Below are positions 32,201-45,311 of a DNA stretch of 46,225 nt, piece after piece (position 1 is the stretch's first letter; every line of letters begins with the position of its first letter). The translations under genes and the position numbers were made by a program. Where the stretch lies: the NCBI RefSeq assembly GCF_001194135.2, contig NC_068989.1, forward strand, positions 11,090,720 to 11,136,944. The letters are read 5' to 3'. Under the pieces are notes generated by a model. The model saw only the letters and a list, made by a program, of their open reading frames with translations. It ran no database searches and was not told the origin of the DNA. The stretch is from Octopus bimaculoides (taxonomy: Eukaryota).

Positions 32201-34176
32201 TGTATATTTTCATTACGATTTCATGTGTGTGTGTATATATATATGCGTGATCGTATATGATATTATACTATATATACATATATATATATAAACTATATTA
32301 TGTTATATAACATTGGTTTCAATCGAAAAATCTGTAGAGAACTTGAGATTACATCACACCTGTTCCTGATAAAGTATGCGTGTGGCAGATGGAATCCTGC
32401 CACGTCTCTGACATAAAATGTCCCAACTATGCTAGCTCCTTAAGTCACTGCTAAATTACCATTTTACGTTACTCTAAGTTATTTATTCTACATCAGGACA
32501 CGTAGACATTTACAGAATTTAATGAAATAGAAACATGCTTTTAAAGGTGGGAGAGAAATTCTCTCTCATTCTAAAGTTAGGTTTTTCTTCTGTATTCCCT
32601 CCTTTTACATAACGAAGATTATTCACCAAAATACAGTTTGATTGGGATATTTTATATTTTATTTTATTTTTGAAAATCCTATTATATAATTAAGATTACC
32701 AATATATAACTGTTTTCTTATTCTGGATGTTATACTCTTAATTTTAAATGGGTTAAATTTTAAGGGTTTTTTTTCTCCAGTAACTTTCATATTTTGTGAT
32801 AACATTTTTTTATCGATTTGTTTGTCTATTTTATTTACTATACAGCATAAAAGACAGGACTATAACAGTAAAGAACTGGACCAAGTAGCCGTTCTATGCA
32901 TAATACACACACACAGTCATAGATTGAAAAGTTTTTCTATGGAAGAATGATCACGGGTAAGGTGAATAAGTAGATAGGTTCTGAGGTGAGGTTGGAGTGT
33001 GTTAGCCTGGTTTTTGTTCCGAAAATGCTTGGTTTCATAAGTTATAGATGTAATTCGAAGTGAATATCGGCATTGTTTATGGTAGGTTAACAGATGCCAA
33101 CTTGTGTGTGTGTAAAATATACACACATAGTTGTTGAAGCAAAGAATTAAGTTAAGACACTAAGCAACTTAAAACCAGATGACATGAGTATTAAACAATG
33201 TAGTTGGCGATTTCAATAGCTGTATTGGTAAATCTGCTGATATTTTTCTAGCCATGTAGTGCTTATGAAGTAAAGTAAGAACATTTATATGAGCTAGTTA
33301 TATTTTCACTTTGAAAGAATTCTGGCTGAATTCTATATTTTTTTTTTTAGAAACAGTGAAGAACAAATAATTATATATGGAGCTAATTCTAGCTACCCGT
33401 TTCCATGTGGAGGTGTATTGTAGGTTATTGCATAAAAACCAATTGTGTTATTGTAAATTAAATTATGTAAATAAATATAGAAAGACAGTTAAAGAGTAGT
33501 TGAAAGAAATATAAAGGAGGAAAGCTCTTTTGAAGAGCTAAGTTCCAGACTGCAGAAAAAACAAGAGATGGGTTAGTGAACAAAGTATATATGGTTGTTG
33601 GGTAGTTCATATAAGACAGCCTACTGTAATAGAAAAAAAAGAAGGAAAAAAAGCCTACAGCAGGCTGTCTTTTATGAATGGTTGATGTGGGATCCAGAAA
33701 GTAACAATCAATATATGAAGCAGACCTAGTCATAAGAGAAGTTGAGAGGGAACGTAGTGTCTGTGTATTTTGTGAGACAATAGATGAGGATAAACTAAGA
33801 GGGTAGAAGCATGCTAAGGAATGGGGAGTCTTTATTTTGCGAGATGATAGACTAGGAGGGTGGAAGCATGCTGACACTGTTAAGTTGAAAGAAACTTGAG
33901 TTTTGTTCTGGTTGTTTTACCTGCTGGCTAAGAAGGAAGCCTAGTTTATATAAATATAGTTTCCAATGGAAAAGTTAGCTATACTTGCAAACACACACAA
34001 GAAATCCTTTTGATAAGTTCTTATATACTGTTTTTTTTTATTGCATGTTTTAATTTTTCACTGTCCAAATAAGAGGCTGTCTCTAGATTTTTAGGCTTTC
34101 CTAGACTCAGGGATTCCATAACTAATTACATGTCTGAACTTAGGGCTTGTAGAAAATACGCGTAGTGTCCAAGGCT

Positions 34177-34380
34177 CTACTCTTTTACTTGTTTCAGTCA
34201 TTTTGACTGTGGCTATGCTGGAGCACCGCCTTTAGTCGAGCAAATCGACCCCAGGACTTATTCTTTGTAAGCCTAGTACTTATTCTATCGGTTCTTTTGC
34301 CAAACCGCTGTTACGGGGATGTAAACACACCAGTATCGGCTGTCAAACGATGTTGTGGGAGGACACACAAACACAGACAC
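34177..34380 (-). mobile_element. SINE family A, 3' half only (breaks at the internal microsatellite)
   Basis: Near-identical to 13240-13450; ends in (CA)n. Confidence 0.88.
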
Positions 34381-34384
34381 ATAA

Positions 34385-34434
<50 letters not shown>

Positions 34435-34445
34435 GTATGTCATCA

Positions 34446-34740
34446 GCATGAAGGCACGTGGCCTAGTGGTTAATGTATTGCACTTACAATTGCTAGATTG
34501 TGGGTTCAGTTCCCTGCCTGGGTACCATGTTGTGTTCTTGAGCAAAACACTTCATTTCACATTGCTCCAGTTGCCCTTTCAGTCAGTGGGGAATGTTGGC
34601 CAGCTCACCAATCCAGCAGGGCGGGGTCATTGAAAGGCTAAAATGATGCAAAGTGCATTGTTACCAGCAATGTGTAACAACATCTGATAGCCTGGTCAGT
34701 CATGTGATTATGTGGTCATGTGATATATCTTAAGTGGCAT
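34446..34740 (+). mobile_element. tRNA-derived SINE with a family F-type head and a different tail
   Basis: A box TGGCCTAGTGGTTA, B box GGTTCAGTTCCC, TGTTGTGTTCTTGAGCAAAACACTTCATTTCACATTGCTCCAG, then sequence unlike 340-560. Confidence 0.75.
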
Positions 34741-34986
34741 TTAGTTTTCATGCTTGCATGAGTCAGATGCACTTCATTGAGGAAAATTTTCTGCAGCTGG
34801 AGCTCTTCCCGTCACCAAATCTCATCTGTTTCCAAATAAGGTAATATTATTCCTATGCACTGCAAACCCATCGAAAATGGCAAATTCATTATAAATATTA
34901 ACCTTGCTCGTTAATTTAATCACAAATCTTAATGGAAAACTTTTGTTATACTCCCCCTCTTGAAATTTGGTGGTATTAGGTGTGAC

Positions 34987-35173
34987 CCTGTAATTCAAAG
35001 GGTCAGCCTTGTTACACTCTGTGTCACACTGAATCTCCCTAGGAACTATGTTAAGAGTACTCGTGTCTGTGGAGCGCTCAGCCACTAGCACATTAATTTC
35101 ACGAGCAGGCTGTTCCGTTGATCGGATCAACTAGAACCCTTGACATCGTAAGCGATGGAGTGCCAACAACAAC
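34987..35173 (+). mobile_element. SINE family C, 3' half
   Basis: Matches the reverse complement of 21988-22175 (TTCACGAGCAGGCTGTTCCGTTGATCGGATCAACT..GCCAACAACAAC). Confidence 0.88.
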
Positions 35174-35397
35174 AGATATATATATATATATATATTAGAA
35201 ATTTTGTGCTTCTGTAACTAACAAATTTCATGGAATAATGCGAAATTTAAAGCAACGTTACATAATTCTAAATAGTACCATAATTTCTAGCACAGAATTT
35301 GTAGTAGTAGGAAATGAATTTAATCTGTTCCTTGATGTTGGTGTCAAATAACCAGAACAGAGGTATAGTGAAGAATATATTAGTTATCTTACTGCAG

Positions 35398-35416
35398 ATG
35401 GCTCTCTACAACTTTG
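35398..35416 (+). other. candidate 19-nt micro-exon ATGGCTCTCTACAACTTTG
   Basis: Flanked by TTATCTTACTGCAG and TTG|GTTAGT; splice-signal evidence only. Confidence 0.2.
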
Positions 35417-35749
35417 GTTAGTAGTATAATTGGCTAATTTTCATTTGCAAAATTGTTTTATGTCTGTTTATTATTGCAGAAGAGATAATTGCTTCAAATT
35501 GTTGGATCCAATTCTTCATAATTTGTTTCCTAAAACACAAACAGATAACATAGTAATTTGATTGAGGATAGGCCTCCAATATGTGTGGCACATATGCCTG
35601 AAGGTCTAGTTAGCTGTTTAGACCTATTTCCAACAGCAGTTCATTTTGTTTCTAGCTCAAAAACGATGACATTCTACTCACATTCTAAAAGCTGTTGAAA
35701 CGATTTAAGTTATGTTGAAGAGATCTATGATTTTTTTCTGAGCTTTAAG

Positions 35750-35784
<35 letters not shown>

Positions 35785-36622
35785 AAAATTAAAAGTGGAA
35801 AATTGTGACACAAACTCCTACTTTGCACTTGTTGAATATGTAATATAAATCTTCAATCTAGATTGTGGTTGGGTGTTAAAGGCACCAAGTGTTGCTTGTT
35901 AGCAATAAAAATGTATGATAAGAATGGTTGATAAGAATTGAATGAAGAAGTGTCACGAGCAGGCAATAGATAGTTGAGAGAAAGAAAGAGAGACGCCAAG
36001 TTATAGATAAATCCTATTGCTTTAGTGAAATAATCAGTGCCCTATTGGTTTCTGTGCAAAAAGCAGACTGGCTTGTGATTATATATAACTTATGTATATT
36101 TTCCTACTACATGGCATTGGAAGTGGACTGAAGCATAATTTTGTTGCCTAACAAATGAATTTTATAAATATACTTTGCTCAGGTGTTTTGAGAAGATGGT
36201 TCTTATCTATAGGTAATCAGAAAAGCCACTTGATTGCTATACAGTGTGTAAAATTAATTAAATAATTGCTGTGAGTTATTAATACTTAAATGAAATTAGA
36301 AATAGACTGAAGAATATGGAATGAAATACTTGAGTGACCTAAATGTGTTTATGTTAATTACAAGAACCAACTGTCATTTGCAAAGTGACTATGTTAACCA
36401 CTGTGAATCAACTGTTCAGAGGCAACATCTCCAGACAAATCCTGCTCATGGACAGATTCTTCATATTTTCATGATATTAATGTTAACATCCTGAAAATGC
36501 TTGTCTTCATTCTATGTTTGAGGCAAGTTTAGCACTTTCTGTACTTGTACTGTTCTACAGAAAACCAGAAGAATAATCTATTTTCCGGAAATATATAATT
36601 GAAATTATGAGACTCAAATTAA

Positions 36623-36843
36623 CCCTTTAGCATTTAAACCGGCCATATCCGGCCAAAAGTATTCTGCCTATTCTATGTTCAAACTCGCCAGATCTGGTCT
36701 CTCACACAAACCCTACAATATCATTTTAAAAATTAACAACTACCTCATCAAAATCTCATAGCTACAAGATAATGCATGATTACTTCAAAACAATGTGAAA
36801 AAAAAAGCATTAATTATGGCAGAATAATGTGAACACTAAAGGG
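36623..36843. mobile_element. 221-bp piggyBac-like MITE
   Basis: TTAA|CCCTTTAG ... CTAAAGGG|TTAA: TTAA target duplication (36619-22, 36844-47) and 8-bp perfect TIRs beginning CCC. Confidence 0.88.
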
Positions 36844-37253
36844 TTAAAGGCGTTTCTGTTTTTTTTTCATCTTGATAACTGGTGGGGTGGAATGATTTAA
36901 AAATTGCAGTTGATATTGGTGTCAAGTTAGTCTGTTGTTTCATGTTGTTTCATTAGGCATAGGCATGGTTGTGTGCATACAGAATTTGCTTTGTGCCTAA
37001 CCATATGGTTTCCGGTTCTACTCTTCTGCATGGGACTTTGGACTAGTATTTTTGTCTCCTGCTATAGACTCCTGGCTGACCAATGTCCTGAATGGAAGAT
37101 TGTCATATATGTTTATACACACATACACACAGACACATGTTAGTGAGTCTGTTTACATTCCATATGACATTGCTTGACAATTTATTAGCAAAACGATGTC
37201 GTTTTCACATCAAGGAACAATACTTGTTCTTGTGTGTGAGAAAGAGAGAAGAG

Positions 37254-37254
<1 letters not shown>

Positions 37255-37349
<95 letters not shown>

Positions 37350-37382
37350 ACACACACACCCACGCACGCGCGCACACACACG
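37255..37382. repeat. long (CA)n microsatellite
   Basis: Direct reading; source of the HTHTHT and CVCVCV ORFs. Confidence 0.95.
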
Positions 37383-37389
37383 ACGAGGT

Positions 37390-38560
37390 TCCAGCTATTT
37401 GTGTTTTGAGTTCAAATCCTGCCAAGGTTCACCTTTGCCTTTCATACTTCCAACATTGATAAAACAAGGTACCTGTCAAATTCTGGGAATGATGGTATTA
37501 ACTAACCCTTTTTTCTCAAGATTGCTGGCCTTATATCTAAATTAGAAACAATTATTATTATTATTATTATTGATTAGCAAAATTAGAGGAGAGAGTCAGA
37601 CAAATATCTTGCAGTTTTAGTTATATTTCTTTACATTATGTTTGAATCTCATCTCAGGGTTGACTTTGTCTTGTTCATCCTTCCAAATCAAGTTCCATTT
37701 CAGTATTGCAGTTGAGTTATTTGGGTGTACTCTTCTGCAAAAATTTCTTGTTTTTGTGTTTATATGTTAGATATAAAAAAATCGGTAGAATTAGTAAAGT
37801 GGCAAACAAAATACATTGTAGTATTTATGTTTTATCATATACCTGTTTCAGTCACTAGACTGCGGTCATACTGATGCACTGCTTTGAAAATGTTTTAGTC
37901 GAACGAATTGATTCCGATACATCTATTTTTAACCTTGGTACTTATTCTGTCAGTCTCTTTTGCTGCACTACTAATTTTAAGGAACATAAACAAACCAACA
38001 TAGGTTGTCAATCAAAGCTGGGGGCCGAACACAGACACAAAGACACACACACACACATACATAGCGTGTTTCTATCAGTTCTCATCTACCAAATCTACTT
38101 ACAAGGCTTTGGACAGCTCAATGCTCTGGTAGAACACATTTAGCCAAGGTACCCTATGGTGGGACTGAACCTGGAACATCTTAGCATACAGCCATACCTG
38201 CATTTGTATCTTTACATTCTGAGATCAAACTCCTTTAGTGTCAGTTATCTTTCATCCTTCCATAGTCAATAGAATAAGAGCCAACCAAGCATTGGGATTG
38301 AGTTGTTTGACTGTTCCCTCTCTCTAAAATTTTTGGCCTTCTTCCCATGTTAGAAATCATTAATATTATTCGGACTAAATGCCTTGTGGTATTTAGTTAT
38401 GTCTCTTCAAATTCTGCCAAAGTTGACTTTGCCATTAATTCTTTTGGCATTCTTAAAATAAATCCCAGTCGAGTATTGGAATCGATATAATCATTCCTCT
38501 AAAGCATCCTATATTTGAATTGAAGACTGTCTCTTCCCCACAATTTTTGGCCTTATGCCT
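37390..38560. mobile_element. cluster of old SINE remnants (several family B on +, one family A on - at about 37843-38200)
   Basis: Repeated degenerate GTTCAAAT..GACTTTG.CTTTCATCC..AAAATT..TGGCCTT units at about 37395, 37640, 38215 and 38375. Confidence 0.65.
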
Positions 38561-38650
38561 AGTGTATACCAGAAATGGTAGGGAGCCTGAAAAAATGCTA
38601 GTACATGAAATTATGAACAGATCCAGCATGACAAAATAATTACTGTATAT

Positions 38651-38860
38651 CCTTTTCTACTCTAGGCACAAGGTCTGAAATTTTTGGGGAGGAGACCAGT
38701 TGATTAGAACAATCCCAGTACGGAACTGGTACTTAATTTATCAACCCCGAGAGGATGAAAGGCAAAGTCGACCTTGGCGGAATTTGAACTCAGAACGTAA
38801 AGACAGACGAAATGCCACTAAGCATTTCGCCTGGTGTGCTAACATTTCTGCCAGCTCGCA
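38651..38860 (-). mobile_element. SINE family B, full length
   Basis: Matches 920-1105 and 9797-9990. Confidence 0.88.
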
Positions 38861-39654
38861 GATATAATTCTGTATATCATGGGATATAAAATGCATTTTC
38901 CCCCTAAATTGTCCCCCCCCAAATCACCTCAGCTCATATATGTGAAGTTGTTTTAAATGTTACATACTTTAATGCACTAAAAACTTTTTTTTTACCTGAA
39001 TATGTACTACTGAAATTGGGGGTACATCTAATATGCCTGTACATCTTTTATGCCATCAAATATGCTAAGTTCAGTTCACAATCACAAGGCTCTGGGCTTG
39101 AGCCTACATTGTGGTCTCTTAGAAAGTGTCTTTAATGGTAACCTTGGATCAACTAAGGTGTTATGAATAAAACTGGACAGACAAACTGTGGAAGGCTGTC
39201 AAAATAGATTCTGCCTGTAATTCAAAGCTCCAACCTTGTCTCTGTTTGTCTCTTCTCACACATACACAGTGTTATGCCGATTCTGCTTCCTGAGGTTTAT
39301 TTTATGGTTACCTGTGTCTATAGAATACTCAGCTCTGTTATATACTAATTTATTGAGCAGTAATTCAGTTGGCCATCGTGGTTCTCTCCCCCTTATGTTG
39401 CTTGATGTATGCCGTTTGTCTACTTCCACATTATTTTATAGAAAGTCCCAAAGTGCTGGGGTTGACGTAAATGACTAAAACTCTTGAAGACAGGGAGGTG
39501 TTCTGCTATATCTTCAGTCCAGTAACAAATCAACAAAAGTATATCAGAACTATGTTTAGGCAAATAATTAACTGTTACACAAGTCATTGTGTGTGCAAGT
39601 ATATGACATGGTAGTTGTATGTAGTTAAGACTACCATGTAGTCTTAAGAAGCTA

Positions 39655-39815
39655 CATGTATGTAGTTAAGAAGCTGGCTTCCCAAGACAACTATGTCTTG
39701 GATCCAGTCTCACTGTGCAACACCTTGGGCAAGCGTCTTCTACTACAAACCCAGGCTGACCAAAGTCTTGCGAATGGATTTGGTAGATGGAAACTGGAAA
39801 ATGAAATAAACCTGT
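39655..39815 (+). mobile_element. degenerate SINE family A 5' half
   Basis: CACCTTGGGCAAGCGTCTTCTACTAC..GGATTTGGTAGATGGAAACTG. Confidence 0.75.
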
Positions 39816-40955
39816 TGTGTATGTGTGTGTGTTATATAGATTATATAATATATATATATATTGTATAAATTATATATGCTTCAAGCAGGAAACCCTGGGT
39901 AGCTTGTGGACATGTGGTTTATATATATATATNNNNNNNNNNNNNNNNNNNNNNNNNNNNNNNNNNNNNNNNNNNNNNNNNNNNNNNNNNNNNNNNNNNN
40001 NNNNNNNNNNNNNNNNNNNNNNNNNNNNNNNNNNNNNNNNNNNNNNNNNNNNNNNNNNNNNNNNNNNNNNNNNNNNNNNNNNNNNNNNNNNNNNNNNNNN
40101 NNNNNNNNNNNNNNNNNNNNNNNNNNNNNNNNNNNNNNNNNNNNNNNNNNNNNNNNNNNNNNNNNNNNNNNNNNNNNNNNNNNNNNNNNNNNNNNNNNNN
40201 NNNNNNNNNNNNNNNNNNNNNNNNNNNNNNNNNNNNNNNNNNNNNNNNNNNNNNNNNNNNNNNNNNNNNNNNNNNNNNNNNNNNNNNNNNNNNNNNNNNN
40301 NNNNNNNNNNNNNNNNNNNNNNNNNNNNNNNNNNNNNNNNNNNNNNNNNNNNNNNNNNNNNNNNNNNNNNNNNNNNNNNNNNNNNNNNNNNNNNNNNNNN
40401 NNNNNNNNNNNNNNNNNNNNNNNNNNNNNNNNNNNNNNNNNNNNNNNNNNNNNNNNNNNNNNNNNNNNNNNNNNNNNNNNNNNNNNNNNNNNNNNNNNNN
40501 NNNNNNNNNNNNNNNNNNNNNNNNNNNNNNNNNNNNNNNNNNNNNNNNNNNNNNNNNNNNNNNNNNNNNNNNNNNNNNNNNNNNNNNNNNNNNNNNNNNN
40601 NNNNNNNNNNNNNNNNNNNNNNNNNNNNNNNNNNNNNNNNNNNNNNNNNNNNNNNNNNNNNNNNNNNNNNNNNNNNNNNNNNNNNNNNNNNNNNNNNNNN
40701 NNNNNNNNNNNNNNNNNNNNNNNNNNNNNNNNNNNNNNNNNNNNNNNNNNNNNNNNNNNNNNNNNNNNNNNNNNNNNNNNNNNNNNNNNNNNNNNNNNNN
40801 NNNNNNNNNNNNNNNNNNNNNNNNNNNNNNNNNNNNNNNNNNNNNNNNNNNNNNNNNNNNNNNNNNNNNNNNNNNNNNNNNNNNNNNNNNNNNNNNNNNN
40901 NNNNNNNNNNNNNNNNNNNNNNNNNNNNNTATGTATGTATATATATATATGTATG

Positions 40956-40987
<32 letters not shown>

Positions 40988-40993
40988 TGTATG

Positions 40994-41025
<32 letters not shown>

Positions 41026-41101
41026 TGTATGTATATATATATATGTATATATGTATATATATGTATATATATATATATGTATATATATATAAATATGTAC
41101 A

Positions 41102-41320
41102 TCAGCCCTCAGCCCCCTCTTATTCATCATAGTCCTCCAGGCAATAACAGGGGAATTCAAGACAGGTTGCTCCTGGGAACTCCTCTACACTGATGACCTG
41201 GTCCTCATAGCAGAATCACTACCAGAACTAGTGAAGAAACTTCAAGTGTGGAAGCAAGGTTTAGAATTGAAGGTCCTTAGAGTCAATGTTGCAAAGACCA
41301 AAGTTCTAGTAAGTAGGAAG
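41102..41320 (+). mobile_element. RTE-clade reverse transcriptase core fragment
   Basis: Open frame [70 protein letters not shown], with the LSP.LF and Y.DD motifs. Confidence 0.92.
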
Positions 41321-41948
41321 GCGATTGTTGTAAACATCATTTGTTTCCAATATTCTGCAAAATCCCGTCTAGCTATGGGGAAAGATTACCTTGTTTGGAG
41401 GAAACAGATAAGGGTTGACGGCTGGTAACACGTATAACCATAGAAAATCTGCATAGAAAAGTAGACTTTGAAAAGATAATGATGATGAATGTAACATATA
41501 TTACTTGGAACTTTTATATTCCTTGGAATGGTGAACTTAAAAGCAGCTGGGTACGTAGATTTAATGGAGTCAATCAATTATAAGAATCAAAGAAAAAGAT
41601 GGTGAGAGCTTTTAGCAGTTTGAAAGATGCTTGCATTTGACATTCTATTTTTGATAATTCTTCTTCATTACTTGATGCAGTAATAGAAAAAAAAAATTGG
41701 AAAGGAAGTGAGCCAATTCCAAATGTTTGGATTGATTCCATCCATGCAGTAAAGACTTGTTAAAATATTGGTGAATGATAAAGAGATAATGTGAGGAAAA
41801 GAGTCGTCATAAAGAGTTTATTCTGCTTTGTGTGACTGTGTGTGTTTATGTACAGGGTGTCCATAAATTACCATTACAATTTAAAAAATTCAGAAAAAAA
41901 AAAAATGAAAAATAAGAATGACTCAACAGAATTTAGTGGAAAACATAT

Positions 41949-42048
41949 GCAGGCAAGGCTGTGTGGTAGGAAGCTTGCTATCCAACCACATGATTCTCAG
42001 TTCAGTCCATGACATGGCATCTTGGGTGTCTTCTACTATAGCCTTGAG
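41949..42048 (+). mobile_element. SINE family A head fragment
   Basis: GGCTGTGTGGTAGGAAGCTTGCTATCCAACCACATG..GTGTCTTCTACTATAGCC. Confidence 0.75.
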
Positions 42049-42342
42049 CTAACCAACACCTTGTTTTCCATGGGTTCGCAAATGAGATTTGAGTTCAAAA
42101 GAAAGGCATGGACTATCACAGACTGTGCACACAAAAAGGTCGTTGTCATTCACCTTCTTGATCACTACATTCTTCCTTAGATCTCTTTTGAGTCTTACAT
42201 GCGTTATCTTGGCCTCTTCAAATGCTTTCACTCAACTCCACACTTTTGTTCTCCATCCAACTTGATCTGAAGCAAGGGATTCTATGTCTTCTACATCCAT
42301 TCCAAGTGACTTCATAGAAGTCCTTATGCTGTCCTTAAACCG
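42049..42342 (-). mobile_element. RTE-BovB-like ORF2 C-terminus with a C2H2 finger
   Basis: KRFKDSIRTSMKSLGMDVEDIESLASDQVGWRTKVWS*VKAFEE..FVCTVCDSPCLSFELKSHLRTH. Confidence 0.85.
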
Positions 42343-42379
42343 TTATATATATATATATATATATATTAATGTTTGTTTT

Positions 42380-42570
42380 TATGCCAGCAAAGGCCGAACC
42401 AGCTTGGCACCTGTGATGTTGCAACTCATTTCTACAGCTGAGTGAACTAGAGCAATGTGAAATAAAGTGTCTTGCTCAAGAACACAACACACAGTCCGTC
42501 CAGGAATTGAACACATAATCTCATGATTGTAAGCCCGATACTCTAACCACTGAGCCAGGCGCCTTCACTG
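42380..42570 (-). mobile_element. SINE family F with tRNA head
   Basis: Reverse complement GGCGCCTGGCTCAGTGGTTAGAG..GTTCAATTCC..GTGTTGTGTTCTTGAGCAAGACACTTTATTTCAC. Confidence 0.82.
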
Positions 42571-42614
42571 TATCTATCTATTTATGTGTGTGTGTATCTG
42601 TTTATACATACATA

Positions 42615-42658
<44 letters not shown>

Positions 42659-42722
42659 GGTATATATTCATATATATATGTATATCTATCTATCTACATA
42701 TATGTATATATTTATATACACA

Positions 42723-42768
<46 letters not shown>

Positions 42769-43528
42769 NNNNNNNNNNNNNNNNNNNNNNNNNNNNNNNN
42801 NNNNNNNNNNNNNNNNNNNNNNNNNNNNNNNNNNNNNNNNNNNNNNNNNNNNNNNNNNNNNNNNNNNNNNNNNNNNNNNNNNNNNNNNNNNNNNNNNNNN
42901 NNNNNNNNNNNNNNNNNNNNNNNNNNNNNNNNNNNNNNNNNNNNNNNNNNNNNNNNNNNNNNNNNNNNNNNNNNNNNNNNNNNNNNNNNNNNNNNNNNNN
43001 NNNNNNNNNNNNNNNNNNNNNNNNNNNNNNNNNNNNNNNNNNNNNNNNNNNNNNNNNNNNNNNNNNNNNNNNNNNNNNNNNNNNNNNNNNNNNNNNNNNN
43101 NNNNNNNNNNNNNNNNNNNNNNNNNNNNNNNNNNNNNNNNNNNNNNNNNNNNNNNNNNNNNNNNNNNNNNNNNNNNNNNNNNNNNNNNNNNNNNNNNNNN
43201 NNNNNNNNNNNNNNNNNNNNNNNNNNNNNNNNNNNNNNNNNNNNNNNNNNNNNNNNNNNNNNNNNNNNNNCTACATGGATTACCATTGAACTTCAAAAGC
43301 TCAAAGACAATATAATGTATTGGTATATTTTTTTTTTTGTTTATTATTTTCTTCATTTTGTACTTCTTTGTAAAAAACATTTTCATTCTCCTTCTTGAAA
43401 ATTTGCTTTGCAATGAAAGCCGGTTAGATATCTTTATTAAAACATGCTTCCAATTTAGCATTCTGCCTTATTCTTCATTTTCCTATTATTTCTCCACGTG
43501 CGGTTAACACAACCCCACTATTTACTGA

Positions 43529-43582
<54 letters not shown>

Positions 43583-43732
43583 TATGTATATGTATATCTA
43601 TGTGTATATATATATGTATGTATATATGTATGTATATTTATATATACATGCATAAATGTATATATTTATGTGTGTATATCTATCTGTGTCTGTTTGTATG
43701 CCTGTATGCCTGTCTCTCACATATATATATGA

Positions 43733-43780
43733 CCAGAGCCTTGTGAGTTGATTTGGTAGACAGAAACTGAAAGAAGCCTG

Positions 43781-43814
<34 letters not shown>

Positions 43815-44073
43815 CAGGCTTCTTTCAGTTTCCGTCTACCAAATCAATATATATATATATATATTTATGTATTTGTATGTCTGTGGTGTTTCTCTCCCCC
43901 CCCCCCCCCCACCATCACTTCACAACCAATGTTGGTGTGTATACACCCCCATAACTTAGCGCTTTGGCAAAAGAGACCATACTAGGCTTACAAAGAATAA
44001 GTCCTGGAGGCGATTTGTTCGATGAAAGGCGGTGCTCCAGCATGGCTGCAGTCAAATGACTGAAACAAGTAAA
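43733..44073 (+). mobile_element. SINE family A carrying an internal 100-bp palindrome
   Basis: Family A body and tail; 43748-43782 is inverted at 43813-43847 around (AT)15. Confidence 0.85.
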
Positions 44074-45311
44074 ATATATATATACATACACACACACACG
44101 TGTATACATGATGTTGCACTTTAAAGTGGTTCTATGGGATTAAATCATACTTTGTTGATGTTGAGATTTTAATTTGTTCATCCTATTCTCTGTCTGAGAT
44201 GCTGTTGTTGTTGTTGTTAACGCTGCTAATGAAGCAAGACTGAAATGTTATGAAAACATGCAGATTCATTTACGGCAGCTATGAAACCTCCAATAGATTT
44301 TAGGATTTTCTTTTTCTTTTTCTTTTTATTATTCTTTCATTCATTCATTCATTTTTTTTTTTTTCGCCTTTTCATCTCAAGGATAGATTTTTATTTATTA
44401 ACAAATTGAATAAGTAAAGAAAAAAAAAATGATAATAATAATAATACAAAAAAAAAGAAGGATATTGTAAAGCTGAAATTGGCACAGATTAAGCAATATA
44501 GACTCTTTACTATATAGTTGCATTCAGAGATAATAGCAAAACCAGGATAATCCCTGAAACCAGTTGCAGATAGAAAACAGTTGAATAACTAATTACTGCG
44601 TAGACAACAGTTAAGAGAAGAAAATTATAATTTCTGCTTTATGTTTCCAGCTGCTATCATTATTTAGCAGGCATGTGTGTTGTTTGGTTGGAGTCGTGTC
44701 TTTGTTTTATGTAGCCATGGTAGTACTGCTTCCGATTTTACTGTATTTCCTTAGACATTTGATGTTCATGAGACTCAGTAGAGAAGTCAATGCCAAAAAG
44801 ATTTCGTCCAATCCGATTACATTTCAGTAGAAAATGCCAATCTAAAAATTGTCTCCTTGCCAACTTTATAGTGTTTGGGAAAAGATGGTTTGTCTTTAAT
44901 AATACAAAGGGGCTCAAAATGTTATTTATAGTTAAGTCTGTAGAAGTATTTATATATTCAAACATCACTGGAATTTTTGCAATGTTAGATTTTAATTTTA
45001 TATACATTCTTTTTCTTTACTGAGAATTAGTCTTAGAGAGAATAATCAATAAGGCAATGAAATATTTCCTCTCCCTCTTTTTTTTGTTTTGTTGTTTTTA
45101 TCTCTTTATATTTAAATATATTTCAAAGATGTTTTTGATGCTGCTGCAGTTTAGATTATATTTCATTATAACTCATTTAGATTTACCATTCTTTTTGTAT
45201 AGGAATTAGAAATACTATTGGTTTTTCTTCCAAGAGTTTTATTCTGATGATATATTTGTGTTATCGACAAGTGGATGCTGTGTATTTTAAACCGTTTTCT
45301 GAGGACTTTCC

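Noticed and set aside
33458-33877. 139-aa minus-strand ORF, possibly a CR1 C-terminus
   Set aside because: Resemblance to LINE motifs is too weak to call, and it includes a local 27-bp duplication and a poly-T run.
5986-43461. Long ORFs of 200-458 aa in the supplied track (5986, 13415, 13425, 39817-41193, 42584-43461)
   Set aside because: They span N-gaps and (TA)n/(CA)n tracts and have no coding content.
44738-45023. Overlapping 89-aa (-) and 77-aa (+) ORFs
   Set aside because: AT-rich, with no recognisable domain or convincing paired splice sites.
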